Assembly (NCBI GenBank): GCA_965222155.1
Contig: CBDCTH010000004.1
Coordinates: 192,001 to 256,000 of the forward strand
Direction of reading: 5' to 3'
From: Gammaproteobacteria bacterium
GTDB taxonomy: Bacteria; Pseudomonadota; Gammaproteobacteria; Eutrophobiales; Eutrophobiaceae
Length of the DNA: 64,000 bases
Shown here: positions 1 through 9,837 of the stretch, in pieces
How positions within the stretch are numbered: the first letter of the stretch is position 1
Layout: each line of letters begins with the position of its first letter
The notes under the pieces: generated by a model
Seen by the model: the letters and a program-made list of their open reading frames with translations, nothing else
What the model was told of the DNA's origin: nothing
Databases searched by the model: none
Position numbers and translations under genes: made by a program

Positions 1-307
1 GTCGAAAATGTCACAGACAGCGACGGTAAGCCTGATGTAAGAACCACTTTCGAAAATACACACAATAGGAAATAGAGAATTTTGACCTCTTGTCTGGTTG
101 CCGCAATACTGTGTAGGACATCTCAGGATGTTAAGGTGCCTTTTTTAACTCTCAGACTGACGTTTTTTGAGTGCGAATCTAAAAAATACCGACAATGAGT
201 CTAAGTTATCTTTCAACGCATACGCCCATGCTGGGGCACGACTGAAAGTTAAGTTATAGACAAATCTGGGTATCATAGATACACTCAAAGAATGAAATTA
301 CAAGGAA

Positions 308-580
308 ATGCAAATGAGTAAAGCTGTTATAAACAGGAACCCTAATATTCTGGGCGGCACTCCCGTCTTCACAGGTACCAGGGTTCCGGTCCGTATTCTG
401 ATGGAGTATCTGGAGACCGGAGACAGCTTAGATGATTTTCTGGATCAGTACCCTTCTGTCAGCCGTGAACAGGCAGTTCAATTAATTGAACTGGCCACAG
501 AGAAACTGACGACAGACACAGGGTATGAAGCTTCTCCTAGACAAGTCCGTGCCTCGGCGCCTGGCAACCAGTTTCCCTGA
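308..580 (+). CDS. DUF433 family antitoxin (VapB45-like)
   Basis: INRNPNILGGTPVFTGTRVPV...DDFLDQYPSVSREQ is the typical DUF433 signature. Confidence 0.9.
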   Translation: MQMSKAVINRNPNILGGTPVFTGTRVPVRILMEYLETGDSLDDFLDQYPSVSREQAVQLIELATEKLTTDTGYEASPRQVRASAPGNQFP

Positions 581-612
581 CACACAGACGCGAGATGCAG
601 GTGGCAGGCATT
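525..612 (+). pseudogene. Truncated DUF5615/VapC45-like PIN toxin
   Basis: Starts MKLLLDKSVPRRLA (family pattern MKLLLDE.VPRRL) overlapping the DUF433 end. EMQVAGI follows in a shifted frame, then the sequence runs into a convergent gene. Confidence 0.7.
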
Positions 613-636
613 TATGGGGTTGCCGTACCGATCCGG

Positions 637-1962
637 TCAAAGATCACCGAGCCGCTCGATCAGCAAATCAACGGCAGCGCCGGAAGACCAGGCTTCACAG
701 TGTCCGGAATTGGGCAGTACATGCCATTGCTTGTTTCCATCAGGTTTCAACCTGGCGAAGGTGTTTGTAAATTCTCCCAGTGAAAAGTACTCATCGCCAC
801 CAGGCCCCTGAGACTCTCCAAACTTCCGGTTGATATTTGCGACCAGATCGATCTTGTGGTCCAACTCCCAATCGGCTTCTGCTCGGAAAGCCATGCTGCT
901 GTCATCGAAGGGCGGGTAGGGTTCCAACTCTTCCCCCGGAGAATAATCGCAGGCGTCTGTTTTGTGGACATGGTTTGCAAATATTTCATAGTTTACGCTG
1001 AAGTGCGCATAGGACCCGGGTTTCCGGCACCTGCTTCCTGAAGCAAGTGCAGCACACTCGTTGTCCGTCGAACAAATGCTTGTTCCATCGAAGTCACAAT
1101 GCCCCTGTGTATAATGGCGCCGACTGCAGTGGGCATTGATATCCCAGTTATTCGGACCACCCACGAACAGTTGGTAATCGATAATGGGATCAAGTCCATG
1201 CCAGAGTCTTGGTAGAAAGGTCGCATTGCTGCCCATGCTGCAGCCGGCCGTCGCGAACGGCCTGTCATCCGCCAGGTTCTCATGCACCCAGGCAATGACC
1301 CCGGCGACCCGTTTAGTCAACTCGTAGACATTGGTGGCCTCATCACTGGTGCGTGAGTACCAGCCCCAATTTATCGGTGCACGGAACGGCGCTGCGAACT
1401 CCGCAGCGGTAAACCCTTTTTCCCAGCGTACCATTACGGTACGAACGGGTAACCGTTTCTCCAGTTCCAGAGCCGGTTCTGCAAAACGGTAGTCCGTGCC
1501 GCCGGCGCCTGTGTGCATTAATAATGTTTTATCGCCATCCGGCGTGAACACCAAGTGGCCGGCCATATCATCGACCACGTAGGCAAGCGCCAGCTTGGGG
1601 TCAGCCGGATTGCGCCCTTGAATCATCACCGGCATAGCGTCATCTTCATGCGCAGGAGACAGGCATTGCCACCAATCACTGCAGGCCTGCCTGCAACCGT
1701 ATCGAACATGGTAATCGCCGTTCTCATCGGGCGCTGATTTCGCCAGGTTGAATGCGGAGGAGGGTATTGCGGGATCCGGTATCTCACATATCTTTACCTG
1801 CGCGGCTAACGCCTCAACGACATCAGCAGACCCTGTTACTGCAGATGTTTCGCCGGGCAGGTTTTCTGCAGGCATATCGTCGGCCAGGCAAATCTGTGAA
1901 ATTAAGGTCCATACCAGGAAAATCCAGTAGCGTTTGTTTCTCATGTTGTTAATTCCAAGCAT
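637..1962 (-). CDS. Secreted Cys-rich alpha/beta-hydrolase-like protein
   Basis: Signal-peptide-like N-terminus; GCSMG nucleophile elbow; C-terminal SGHC. Confidence 0.65.
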   Translation of the reverse strand: MLGINNMRNKRYWIFLVWTLISQICLADDMPAENLPGETSAVTGSADVVEALAAQVKICEIPDPAIPSSAFNLAKSAPDENGDYHVRYGCRQACSDWWQCLSPAHEDDAMPVMIQGRNPADPKLALAYVVDDMAGHLVFTPDGDKTLLMHTGAGGTDYRFAEPALELEKRLPVRTVMVRWEKGFTAAEFAAPFRAPINWGWYSRTSDEATNVYELTKRVAGVIAWVHENLADDRPFATAGCSMGSNATFLPRLWHGLDPIIDYQLFVGGPNNWDINAHCSRRHYTQGHCDFDGTSICSTDNECAALASGSRCRKPGSYAHFSVNYEIFANHVHKTDACDYSPGEELEPYPPFDDSSMAFRAEADWELDHKIDLVANINRKFGESQGPGGDEYFSLGEFTNTFARLKPDGNKQWHVLPNSGHCEAWSSGAAVDLLIERLGDL

Positions 1963-1972
1963 TTTTACGAAC

Positions 1973-2755
1973 CTATCTGGTTTCCCGGGCAGGGCCGTAG
2001 GTTTTCAGATATTTGCGCGACAGTTCTTCCGCTTCGGTGACCCCGGCTTCAGTCATACCTTGTCTTAACTTTTCCATTGCCTCGGTTGCTGCATTGAACC
2101 CCAGCGCGGCGGCAACGCTGAACCAAGCATAGGCCTGCATCTCGTCCCTGGGTAGCCCGTGGCCTCCAGCATACATATGACCAAGATTATGCTGCGCCCC
2201 GGCGTGGCCACGCTCAGCAGCCAGGCGGTACCAGAGGACGGCCCTGGCATCGTCTCTGGGCACGCCTTCGCCGCGGGCGTACATGTATCCCAGGTAATAC
2301 TGTGCGACGGCATGCCCCTGTTCGGCGGCTGAACGGAACCAGCGTGCGGCCTCGGCATGATCCTCAGGCATCTCCTTTCCCTGAGCGTACATATTGCCAA
2401 GATGGTATTGTGCGGCGGCATGCCCCTGCACGGCAGCTTCGCGCAACCAGTGGACGGCGTTGTCAGTATCTTTGTCTACCCCGTCGCCCCGTGCATATTT
2501 GTGTCCCAGGTAGTATTGCGCAGACGCATGTCCCTGTTGCGCAGCCGAGAGGAACCAGCGTGCGGCCTCGGCGTCATCTTCGGGGACGCCTTGGCCGTGG
2601 TCGTACCTGTTGCCGAGAAGAAACTGGGCCCCGGCGTCGCCCCGTTCGCCGGCCTTTATTAATTCTTCCAGTTCGCCTGCGAGGAGCACCGGGCAGGCAA
2701 ACAGAATCAAGCCCGCCAGCAGAGATCTGAACATGAGAAATTTATAGTCAGGCAT
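1973..2755 (-). CDS. Exported Sel1-like repeat protein (5 repeats)
   Basis: 36-aa AQyxLGxxY..G.GV..D..EA..W...AA.QGH repeats and a signal peptide. Confidence 0.95.
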   Translation of the reverse strand: MPDYKFLMFRSLLAGLILFACPVLLAGELEELIKAGERGDAGAQFLLGNRYDHGQGVPEDDAEAARWFLSAAQQGHASAQYYLGHKYARGDGVDKDTDNAVHWLREAAVQGHAAAQYHLGNMYAQGKEMPEDHAEAARWFRSAAEQGHAVAQYYLGYMYARGEGVPRDDARAVLWYRLAAERGHAGAQHNLGHMYAGGHGLPRDEMQAYAWFSVAAALGFNAATEAMEKLRQGMTEAGVTEAEELSRKYLKTYGPARETR

Positions 2756-2806
2756 ACCTTTCCCGCTTCTGCAACCGATTGTTCAGGTGTTTGCCCGACA
2801 TATTAA

Positions 2807-2929
2807 TCAGTGGCCGGTTGCCCGCTCCATAGCGCGCAGTACTTTTTCCCGGCTGAATTCCCGCCAGCGGGCGACGACATGTTGATCGGGCCGTATCAGG
2901 TAATAAGTGCCCGGCAGGGCGTTGTAGTG
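2807..2929 (-). pseudogene. Orphan diverged copy of the 3' end of the FAD oxidoreductase gene (4480-4602)
   Basis: 123-bp direct repeat with 14 mismatches by manual alignment; encodes HYNALPGTYYLIRPDQHVVARWREFSREKVLRAMERATGH*. Confidence 0.9.
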
Positions 2930-3005
2930 TCCAGCGTAATTTTGACTGGGTAAACGCGAAAAGGCCATCTCCTTTGAAGTGTCTAACGGATCGGAGTCAA
3001 TTGAT

Positions 3006-3413
3006 TTATTTGGTCAGTCTGTCAGCTACAATTTGTGCGGTTCGAATTAACGCATCGAGTAATCCGATATCGATGTCAAGCTCGCCCTCGTATTCAGCAA
3101 GATTGCGTTTTCTGTGAGCCTGTTCAAGGATGCGCCATTGCTCGTTTGCGAGCTCCAAAGTGTGCTTGAGACACTGGAACACAATGTATCGACTATCAGA
3201 TCGATATCCGGCTTTACGAAGAGCAGCGAGCGATAGCGCATGCGCCGCGTTGTATGCCAGGTCGAACCGCGACTCGATGTTGAGTGATCCGTCTTTTGCG
3301 TCGTTGAGTCGAGCCAGACCGGAACGAATCAGTCCGCCCACTTCCCGCTCAGAAGACGGCTCGATTTTAAGGCTACCCACCTTGACCAGATTGTTTAACT
3401 GCTCACGCGGCAC
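3006..3413 (-). CDS. HEPN-domain protein (putative toxin partner of MNT)
   Basis: AYNAAH and RKRNLAEY HEPN-like motifs; overlaps the MNT stop; GTG start inferred. Confidence 0.75.
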   Translation of the reverse strand: MPREQLNNLVKVGSLKIEPSSEREVGGLIRSGLARLNDAKDGSLNIESRFDLAYNAAHALSLAALRKAGYRSDSRYIVFQCLKHTLELANEQWRILEQAHRKRNLAEYEGELDIDIGLLDALIRTAQIVADRLTK

Positions 3414-4080
3414 CCAGGTCCCCCCAGAGCACGGTAGTCGGCCCTTCCAGCACACGTTTCAGAAAGGAGTTGCCGTTGCTGCGCCGCTTGCTGAACTCCA
3501 TTACTGTGTAGAGTGTGGGGTTGATTTGCCTGCCCACCTTTATTTCGGCGGTAGAAAGATGCGAATAAAGATCTTCCAGGGTCAGATGATCTGATACAAC
3601 GAGCAGATCTATGTCACTCCCGGCTGTATCCGACTGCTTTGCCACCGAACCGTAAATCAGGGCGATGAATATTTGCGCTGCCAGTGGTTCGAGCGTTGCC
3701 CGCACCTGCTCCTGAACACCAACGGTCTTACTGATGATCGAACACAACTCATTGTATATCGGTGCATATGAATTAGCCCGGCAGTGCTTTTGATTCCCAT
3801 GCCGCTCTGTCACGACCAGTCCACTGCGCTCAAGACGCGTCAGTTCACGCTGAACGGCGCCTCGCCCAACATTGGCGAGTTCAATTAATTCAGTGACGAA
3901 GAAACTCCTTCCGGGTTGGCCAAACAACAACCCGAGTAAACGTTTTTGTGTTGTAGTAAACAACGCATCCGACGGCGAAGCAGTGCTCGGCTTACCGGCT
4001 TCTGCAGATGTCAAGCGTTGGCGGATTGAGAGGTCTGTACCCATAAAGAGTACTTTAATCCCCTTTTTGGGTATAGTCAA
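3403..4080 (-). CDS. HTH plus minimal nucleotidyltransferase (MNT) antitoxin
   Basis: N-terminal wHTH; YGSVAK...SDIDLLVV motif; start may be 4044. Confidence 0.85.
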   Translation of the reverse strand: MTIPKKGIKVLFMGTDLSIRQRLTSAEAGKPSTASPSDALFTTTQKRLLGLLFGQPGRSFFVTELIELANVGRGAVQRELTRLERSGLVVTERHGNQKHCRANSYAPIYNELCSIISKTVGVQEQVRATLEPLAAQIFIALIYGSVAKQSDTAGSDIDLLVVSDHLTLEDLYSHLSTAEIKVGRQINPTLYTVMEFSKRRSNGNSFLKRVLEGPTTVLWGDLGAA

Positions 4081-4115
4081 GTATTGATGTCAGACAGGAT
4101 AGGGTCGTCGGCAGG

Positions 4116-4415
4116 ATAGGGTCGGACCTGCCTGACTATTTGTTTCAGCTCAGTTTATGTTCCATCTATGCCCATTATTTCTCCTTAGAACCCCCTTTTT
4201 GCTATCAAAATCGAGGTTGTAACATCCACATGCCTGTTTGACGGCATTACTCTCCTGATTTACTGTGGCCTGCTTGTGCAACGTCTGATACTTCCTCCTT
4301 AAAATCCTGTTTTGGCGTACGAAAACCGCAGTTTAAGCCCAGGATAGCACGTCTTTTGTGACAGTTTCCCTTTATTATCAGTAGGTTCTGTCAGGCTGGA
4401 CTGGTCTGACCCTAT
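4116..4415. mobile_element. ~300-bp non-coding element with terminal inverted repeats (copy 1)
   Basis: ATAGGGTCGGACC...GGTCTGACCCTAT; internal blocks shared with 34445-34791. Confidence 0.55.
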
Positions 4416-4479
4416 ACTGGGCTCCCATTCCGGCAACGGTGTGGACTCTACTGTCCGGGCGTTGTGCCTGGCGCATTTT

Positions 4480-6159
4480 TCAATGGCCGGTTGCCCGCTC
4501 CATTGCGCGTAATACCTTTTCCGGGTTGAATTCCCGCCAGCGGGCGGCCACGTGTTGATCGGGTCGTACCAGGTAATAAGTACCCGGCAGGGCGTCGTAG
4601 TGCCGGTGCAGCAGACCGTTGCTGTCGGCGATATAGCCGTTACCGCTGTTTGTCCGGCTGACGATAATGGTTTCAACCGGTACCCGGTCTGAACCGACGC
4701 TGTTTACTTCTGCCGGTGCGTCGCCGTTGTCACTGAAATAAATACCAACGAAACGGTCGCCCAGTTGATTCAGGAACCAGGCGTCAGCGCCGTTAATAGA
4801 AACAGGGGCGTCGAGACAGGGCGCGCCGGGGCGTTGTCTGTTGCTGAACTCATCCTCATCCGGTGTGTTCAAGGGAGAACCGTCCAGCACGCTGGGGGTG
4901 GACAAACGGCCCGGGTTCACGAACTTGCGGGCGAACTCAAAATCCTTGGCAAGTTCCAGGGCGGCGTTGCGGAAGGCGAGACTGACTTCGCTTTTCGGGG
5001 TCATGAAGTCCGTGCTTCGGGATGAATTCATCACGTTTTCCTGCGCAGCGAGTATGCGTTCGTCATCGTAACTGTTGATCAGACCGGGCGGGGCGGCGCC
5101 CGTTAACACCAGGTGGAGTTTCCAGACAAGATTATCGGCGTCCTGCAACCCGCCGTTGGCCCCCCGCGCCCCGAAAGGCGAGACGAGATGGGCCGAGTCG
5201 CCGGCGAAAATGACGCGGTCATGGACGAATTTTTCCATACGGCAGCATTTGAACGTGTACAGGCTCACCCATTCGTATTCGAATTCCAGGTCCGTACCGA
5301 GGAAGGCCTTTATCCTGGCGTCGATATTCTCTTCCTTCATCACCTCGTCACGGTCGATATCCCAGCCCATCTGAAAATCGATGCGCCATACGTCATCGGC
5401 CTGCTTGTGGATCAGCGATGTCTGTCCGGGATTGAACGGCGGGTCGAACCAGAAGCGCCGGATGGCCGGGAAGTCCGCCTTCATGCGCACGTCTGCGATA
5501 AGAAAGTTGTCTTCAAACACGCGGCCTATGAAGTCCAGCCCCAAGGCGTCTCGAATCGGGCTGCGATGCCCGTCCGCGGCAACCAGGTAATCACAACTGA
5601 GCCGATATTCCCCGGCGGGAGTCCTGACCGTCACGGTGACCTTGTCGGTGCCGTTGGCAACACCGATCACCTCGTTTTGCCAGCGAATTTCAGTCTCCGG
5701 GTATTGCGGAAACAAGTCGACCAGGTATTCTTCGGCATAGAACTGTTGCAGGTTAATAAACGCCGGAAACTTCTGCTCTTTGTCCGGCAGCAAATCAAAC
5801 TTGTAGATCGGCTCGGTTTCCTGACCGAAATAGACCCAGCCCTGGTTCCATACCACGCCTTTTTCCATCATGCGTTTACTGGTGCCGATACGATCGAGGA
5901 TTTCCAGTGTGCGTTTCGCCCAGCAGATTGCCCTGGAGCCATCGCTGACGGTGTTGTATTTTTCCAGCACGACTGATTGGATACCGTGACGGGCAAGGTC
6001 TATGGCGCTGGCCAGGCCGATTGGCCCGCCGCCGGCGATGATAACCGGGAAATGGGGAATTTCACCAGAGTCGATCTCAGCGGGCCTGATAAATTCATAA
6101 ACGCACCGCGCCTGGCGACTGGTCTGTTTGGCGCTGCCTATATCGCCGTATTTTGCCAT
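4480..6159 (-). CDS. FAD-dependent aromatic monooxygenase (MhpA-like family)
   Basis: GGGPIG FAD motif, ADG, GDSAHLVSPFGARGANGGLQDA, C-terminal LVRPDQHVAARW. Confidence 0.9.
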   Translation of the reverse strand: MAKYGDIGSAKQTSRQARCVYEFIRPAEIDSGEIPHFPVIIAGGGPIGLASAIDLARHGIQSVVLEKYNTVSDGSRAICWAKRTLEILDRIGTSKRMMEKGVVWNQGWVYFGQETEPIYKFDLLPDKEQKFPAFINLQQFYAEEYLVDLFPQYPETEIRWQNEVIGVANGTDKVTVTVRTPAGEYRLSCDYLVAADGHRSPIRDALGLDFIGRVFEDNFLIADVRMKADFPAIRRFWFDPPFNPGQTSLIHKQADDVWRIDFQMGWDIDRDEVMKEENIDARIKAFLGTDLEFEYEWVSLYTFKCCRMEKFVHDRVIFAGDSAHLVSPFGARGANGGLQDADNLVWKLHLVLTGAAPPGLINSYDDERILAAQENVMNSSRSTDFMTPKSEVSLAFRNAALELAKDFEFARKFVNPGRLSTPSVLDGSPLNTPDEDEFSNRQRPGAPCLDAPVSINGADAWFLNQLGDRFVGIYFSDNGDAPAEVNSVGSDRVPVETIIVSRTNSGNGYIADSNGLLHRHYDALPGTYYLVRPDQHVAARWREFNPEKVLRAMERATGH

Positions 6160-6364
6160 AATTCATTATATCGTATTTAGCCCATCTCAAAGTCCGGACT
6201 TATCTTTACATCACACCCCCGACATCGATTTCCGCTACAGCCATGTTTTGCTTCCGCTACATCCAAGTCCGGCCGCCTGGATAGCCTCATACTGCAACAA
6301 CAAAGACAGGTAGTCATTTTATCCATACAGGGATGCCGATACATGATATTCGGAGGGTAGATTT

Positions 6365-8662
6365 ATGAAGCGCCTATTTAGTTCAATGGCTTTCAGTGTT
6401 GTAGTCACCGGACTGTTTTTCCCCATGGTGAGTCACGCGCAAATTGAAGAAATCGTCGTGACCGCGCAAAAGCGGGAAGAAAACCTGCAGGATACGCCCA
6501 TCGCCATCACCGCGTTTACAGAAGAAAGCCTGGAAGGACGTATGATCAATGACATATCAAAACTGGCCGACTTCACCCCTAACGTCATCTTCGATACCAC
6601 TACGCCAATCAGCGGTTTATCCAACGGCGCCGCGGTGTTTATCAGGGGAGTGGGGCAACTGGATTTTGGTTTAACGACAGACCCCGGCGTCGGCACTTAC
6701 ATTGACGGCGTTTATTCTTCCCGTGCAGTGGGTGGTGTGCTGGACGTAGTAGACATCGAGCGCATAGAAATCCTGCGCGGCTCGCAAGGCACCTTGTTTG
6801 GCCGCAATACCATAGGCGGAGCAATTAACATTACCACCAAACGTCCGGCTGAGGCCTTTGGCGGCATGGTCGAAGCCACGTTCGGTGAATTTGAACGAAT
6901 GGATTTTAAAGGTTCGGTCGATATTCCCATTGCAGAGAAGTTCCTTACCAAATTTGCGTTTTCCAGCAAGAACCGGAACGGGTTTGTTGATCGCATAACA
7001 GTGGGTGACAGGCTGGGAGATGAGGATCGGCAGTCGGCGCGGGGTTCATTCCTGTTGCAGGCGACGGATGATATCGAGTTGTATGCAACAGTGGATTACA
7101 CCAGTATTGACGAACAGAGCGCCGGTTCGGTCATGGTCGGTATTACCGAGTTCCCCGGCGCTCCTCCTCTGCTGGCGCCCAGCAGTATCTGGGCCTACAA
7201 CCAGGTTTTTGTGCCGGCGAATCCGGGCGCGGTGCCTTACACCGCGCAAGAATTTTTACTTGACGGTAATGACCGTACCCTGGCCACCGGGCCGACCGGC
7301 ACCGACCTGGAAAGTGTTGGCGCCACGCTGACCTTCACCTGGTCTCTCCCCTGGTTTGAGTTCAAGTCGATCAGCTCTTATCGGGATACCGAGGGTGAGT
7401 TTTACCGGGACCCGGATAATTCCTCCATCCAGATAACCGAGACTAGCAACCCCAATTACAATCATGAGCAATTCAGCCAGGAGTTGCAAATTACCGGCGC
7501 GTTGCTCAATGAACGTCTGCAGTATGTATTGGGCGCGTATTACTTTGAGGAAGACGGGACGGATGACGTGTTCGTACCCATTTACGGGGCGCTTCCCACC
7601 CCGGCAGGACTTATAGCACTGCCCTTGTTTATCAACAATTTTGTCCTGGTGGATAACAGCAGCAAGGCGGTGTTCGGCCAGGGCACCTTTGACCTCACCG
7701 AGCAGATTGCCGTTACCTTTGGGTTGCGTTATACGGAAGATGAAAAGGGGTTTGGTTATCGCCAGTACATATCCCCGGATCCCGCCGGGAATATTGCCGT
7801 GCTGGCATTGCTGGGAGCGCCGGTTACCGTGCCGGGGCCGGCCGCCGATATCGTTTTTTGGGATGAGGTATCCGACGAGTTCACCGAACTGAATTTCCGG
7901 GCCGGAATCGAGTACCAGTTCAATGATGACACCCTGTTTTACTTTACCTATGCTGACGGCTACAAGAGCGGCGGGTTCAATTTCCGCTACGTGGTGCCCC
8001 GCGCAGACCCGCTGGCGTTTGCCCCGGAAACCCTGGAGTCTTATGAGGTAGGGGTGAAATGGCAGGGTCTGGACGATCGCCTGCGTATCAACGCTGCGGG
8101 CTTTGTCAGTGAATACGGCGACGTACAGATCCAGTTGTTTGAGACCGGCGGCGGGCCGTTGACCCAGAATGCCGGGGTTGCCGATATAATCGGCGTGGAA
8201 GTGGAGGTGACCGCAGTGCCCCATGAACGCCTGCTGCTCAATGCCGGTTTCGGTTACATCGATGCGGAATATGATGAACTCAACTTGCCGACCACCAACG
8301 TGGCCCAGGCCATCAATCTTGATACAAAATTACCCAACACGCCGGAAACGACGGTCAATATCTCGGCGGAGTATACCCACCCGCTGGCGTGGGGTTCCCT
8401 GATTGTCCGGGGTGATTACCACTACACCGACGACCTGTACAATGATGCGCAGAATTCTCTTTTTCTCTACCAGGACGGGTATCATACGTTTAACACTTCG
8501 TTGACTTTTTCCACCGGCAACTGGGATTTCAGCGTATTCGGGACCAACCTGACGGATAAACGGTTTATCACCAGCGGTGATTCCAACTTCGGTTTAGGGT
8601 TTCACGAAGCCAACTATAACCGGCCCCGGGAGTTCGGTGGGCTGATTAGATATCGGTTTTAA
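6365..8662 (+). CDS. TonB-dependent outer membrane receptor
   Basis: Signal peptide, EEIVVTAQKRE TonB box, IERIEILRG.QGTLFGRNTIGGAIN, terminal Phe. Confidence 0.95.
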   Translation: MKRLFSSMAFSVVVTGLFFPMVSHAQIEEIVVTAQKREENLQDTPIAITAFTEESLEGRMINDISKLADFTPNVIFDTTTPISGLSNGAAVFIRGVGQLDFGLTTDPGVGTYIDGVYSSRAVGGVLDVVDIERIEILRGSQGTLFGRNTIGGAINITTKRPAEAFGGMVEATFGEFERMDFKGSVDIPIAEKFLTKFAFSSKNRNGFVDRITVGDRLGDEDRQSARGSFLLQATDDIELYATVDYTSIDEQSAGSVMVGITEFPGAPPLLAPSSIWAYNQVFVPANPGAVPYTAQEFLLDGNDRTLATGPTGTDLESVGATLTFTWSLPWFEFKSISSYRDTEGEFYRDPDNSSIQITETSNPNYNHEQFSQELQITGALLNERLQYVLGAYYFEEDGTDDVFVPIYGALPTPAGLIALPLFINNFVLVDNSSKAVFGQGTFDLTEQIAVTFGLRYTEDEKGFGYRQYISPDPAGNIAVLALLGAPVTVPGPAADIVFWDEVSDEFTELNFRAGIEYQFNDDTLFYFTYADGYKSGGFNFRYVVPRADPLAFAPETLESYEVGVKWQGLDDRLRINAAGFVSEYGDVQIQLFETGGGPLTQNAGVADIIGVEVEVTAVPHERLLLNAGFGYIDAEYDELNLPTTNVAQAINLDTKLPNTPETTVNISAEYTHPLAWGSLIVRGDYHYTDDLYNDAQNSLFLYQDGYHTFNTSLTFSTGNWDFSVFGTNLTDKRFITSGDSNFGLGFHEANYNRPREFGGLIRYRF

Positions 8663-8682
8663 ACTAATTGGGGAGTTGTGCG

Positions 8683-9705
8683 ATGTTGAATCAATACAAG
8701 GTAGCAGTGGTCCAGGCGGCGCCGGTGTTTCTCGACCTGGATGCCACGGTTGAGAAAGGGATTGCCTTAATAAAAGAAGCAGCGGGGAACGGCGCCAGGC
8801 TGATCGGGTTTCCGGAAACCTGGATACCGGGTTATCCCTGGTGGATCTGGTTGTATTGTCCGATCGACGGCCTGCGCTTTGTGCAGCAGTACCACGAAAA
8901 CAGTTTGAGCAAGGACAGCCCGCAGTTGCAACAACTCTGTGACGCTGCCCGGGAACATGACATCGTTGTGGTGATGGGCGCCAGTGAACGGGATGGCGGT
9001 TCGCGCTACATCTCGCAATTTTTTATCGATGCAGACGGTGCCTTGCTGGACATCAGACGCAAACTGAAACCGACCCACGTGGAACGCACGGTGTTCGGTG
9101 ACGGCCACGGCAATAACCTGTGCGTCTATGATACGGAACTCGGGCGTATCGGCGGCTTATGCTGCTGGGAGCATCTGCAGCCCCTGAGCAAATACGCGCT
9201 GTATGCCCAGAATGAGCAAATTCACGTGGGCGCCTGGCCCAGCTTCAGCCTGTACCGGAACAAGGCCTACAGTCTCGGTCCGGAACTGAATATGGCGGTA
9301 TCGTCGGTCTATGCGGCCGAGGGGCAGTGTTATTTTCTTGCTCCCTGCGGGGTCATCTCGGAAGACATGGTTGAATTGATGGCCGATACACCTGTGAAAC
9401 AGGAATTACTGCCGGCCGGTGGCGGCCATGCCATGATCTTCGGGCCGGACGGCGCCGCGTTATGCGATTACCTGGAGGAAGACGCGCAGGGGCTGTTATA
9501 CGCAGATGTGGATTTCGGTGCAATCACGATAGCGAAATCATTTGCCGACCCGGCCGGCCACTACTCTCGTCCCGACATTACCCGGTTATTATTGAATACC
9601 GCCCCCGTCACTCCGGTACAGGTCATGAATTCGACAGAAGATAGCATTGAAGACGATGAAAGCGATACGGCCCATGATGCTCAGCCGTTAACCATAGTCA
9701 AGTAG
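8683..9705 (+). CDS. Nitrilase (NitA/arylacetonitrilase-like)
   Basis: Catalytic triad motifs FPETWIPGYP, RRKLKPTHVER, LCCWEH; DPAGHYSRPD. Confidence 0.92.
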   Translation: MLNQYKVAVVQAAPVFLDLDATVEKGIALIKEAAGNGARLIGFPETWIPGYPWWIWLYCPIDGLRFVQQYHENSLSKDSPQLQQLCDAAREHDIVVVMGASERDGGSRYISQFFIDADGALLDIRRKLKPTHVERTVFGDGHGNNLCVYDTELGRIGGLCCWEHLQPLSKYALYAQNEQIHVGAWPSFSLYRNKAYSLGPELNMAVSSVYAAEGQCYFLAPCGVISEDMVELMADTPVKQELLPAGGGHAMIFGPDGAALCDYLEEDAQGLLYADVDFGAITIAKSFADPAGHYSRPDITRLLLNTAPVTPVQVMNSTEDSIEDDESDTAHDAQPLTIVK

Positions 9706-9837
9706 CTACGCATAGTGCGGATCGTTGAACTCGATCAAGCTGGTTGTGTCAAAACAGAGTAATGAGGTGATAATTGAGAGTTAACCCATCAGTTAGTTGA
9801 TGGAGTAAACTGATACTATATATCCCGGTACTTTATA

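Noticed and set aside
2334-2572. DNA direct repeats GGAACCAGCGTGCGGCCTCGGC
   Set aside because: Explained by Sel1 protein repeats (216-bp spacing).
2981-3005. GTTAGAC (minus strand) after the HEPN gene as an attC site
   Set aside because: No matching inverse core site or hairpin of adequate length; no integrase or array seen.
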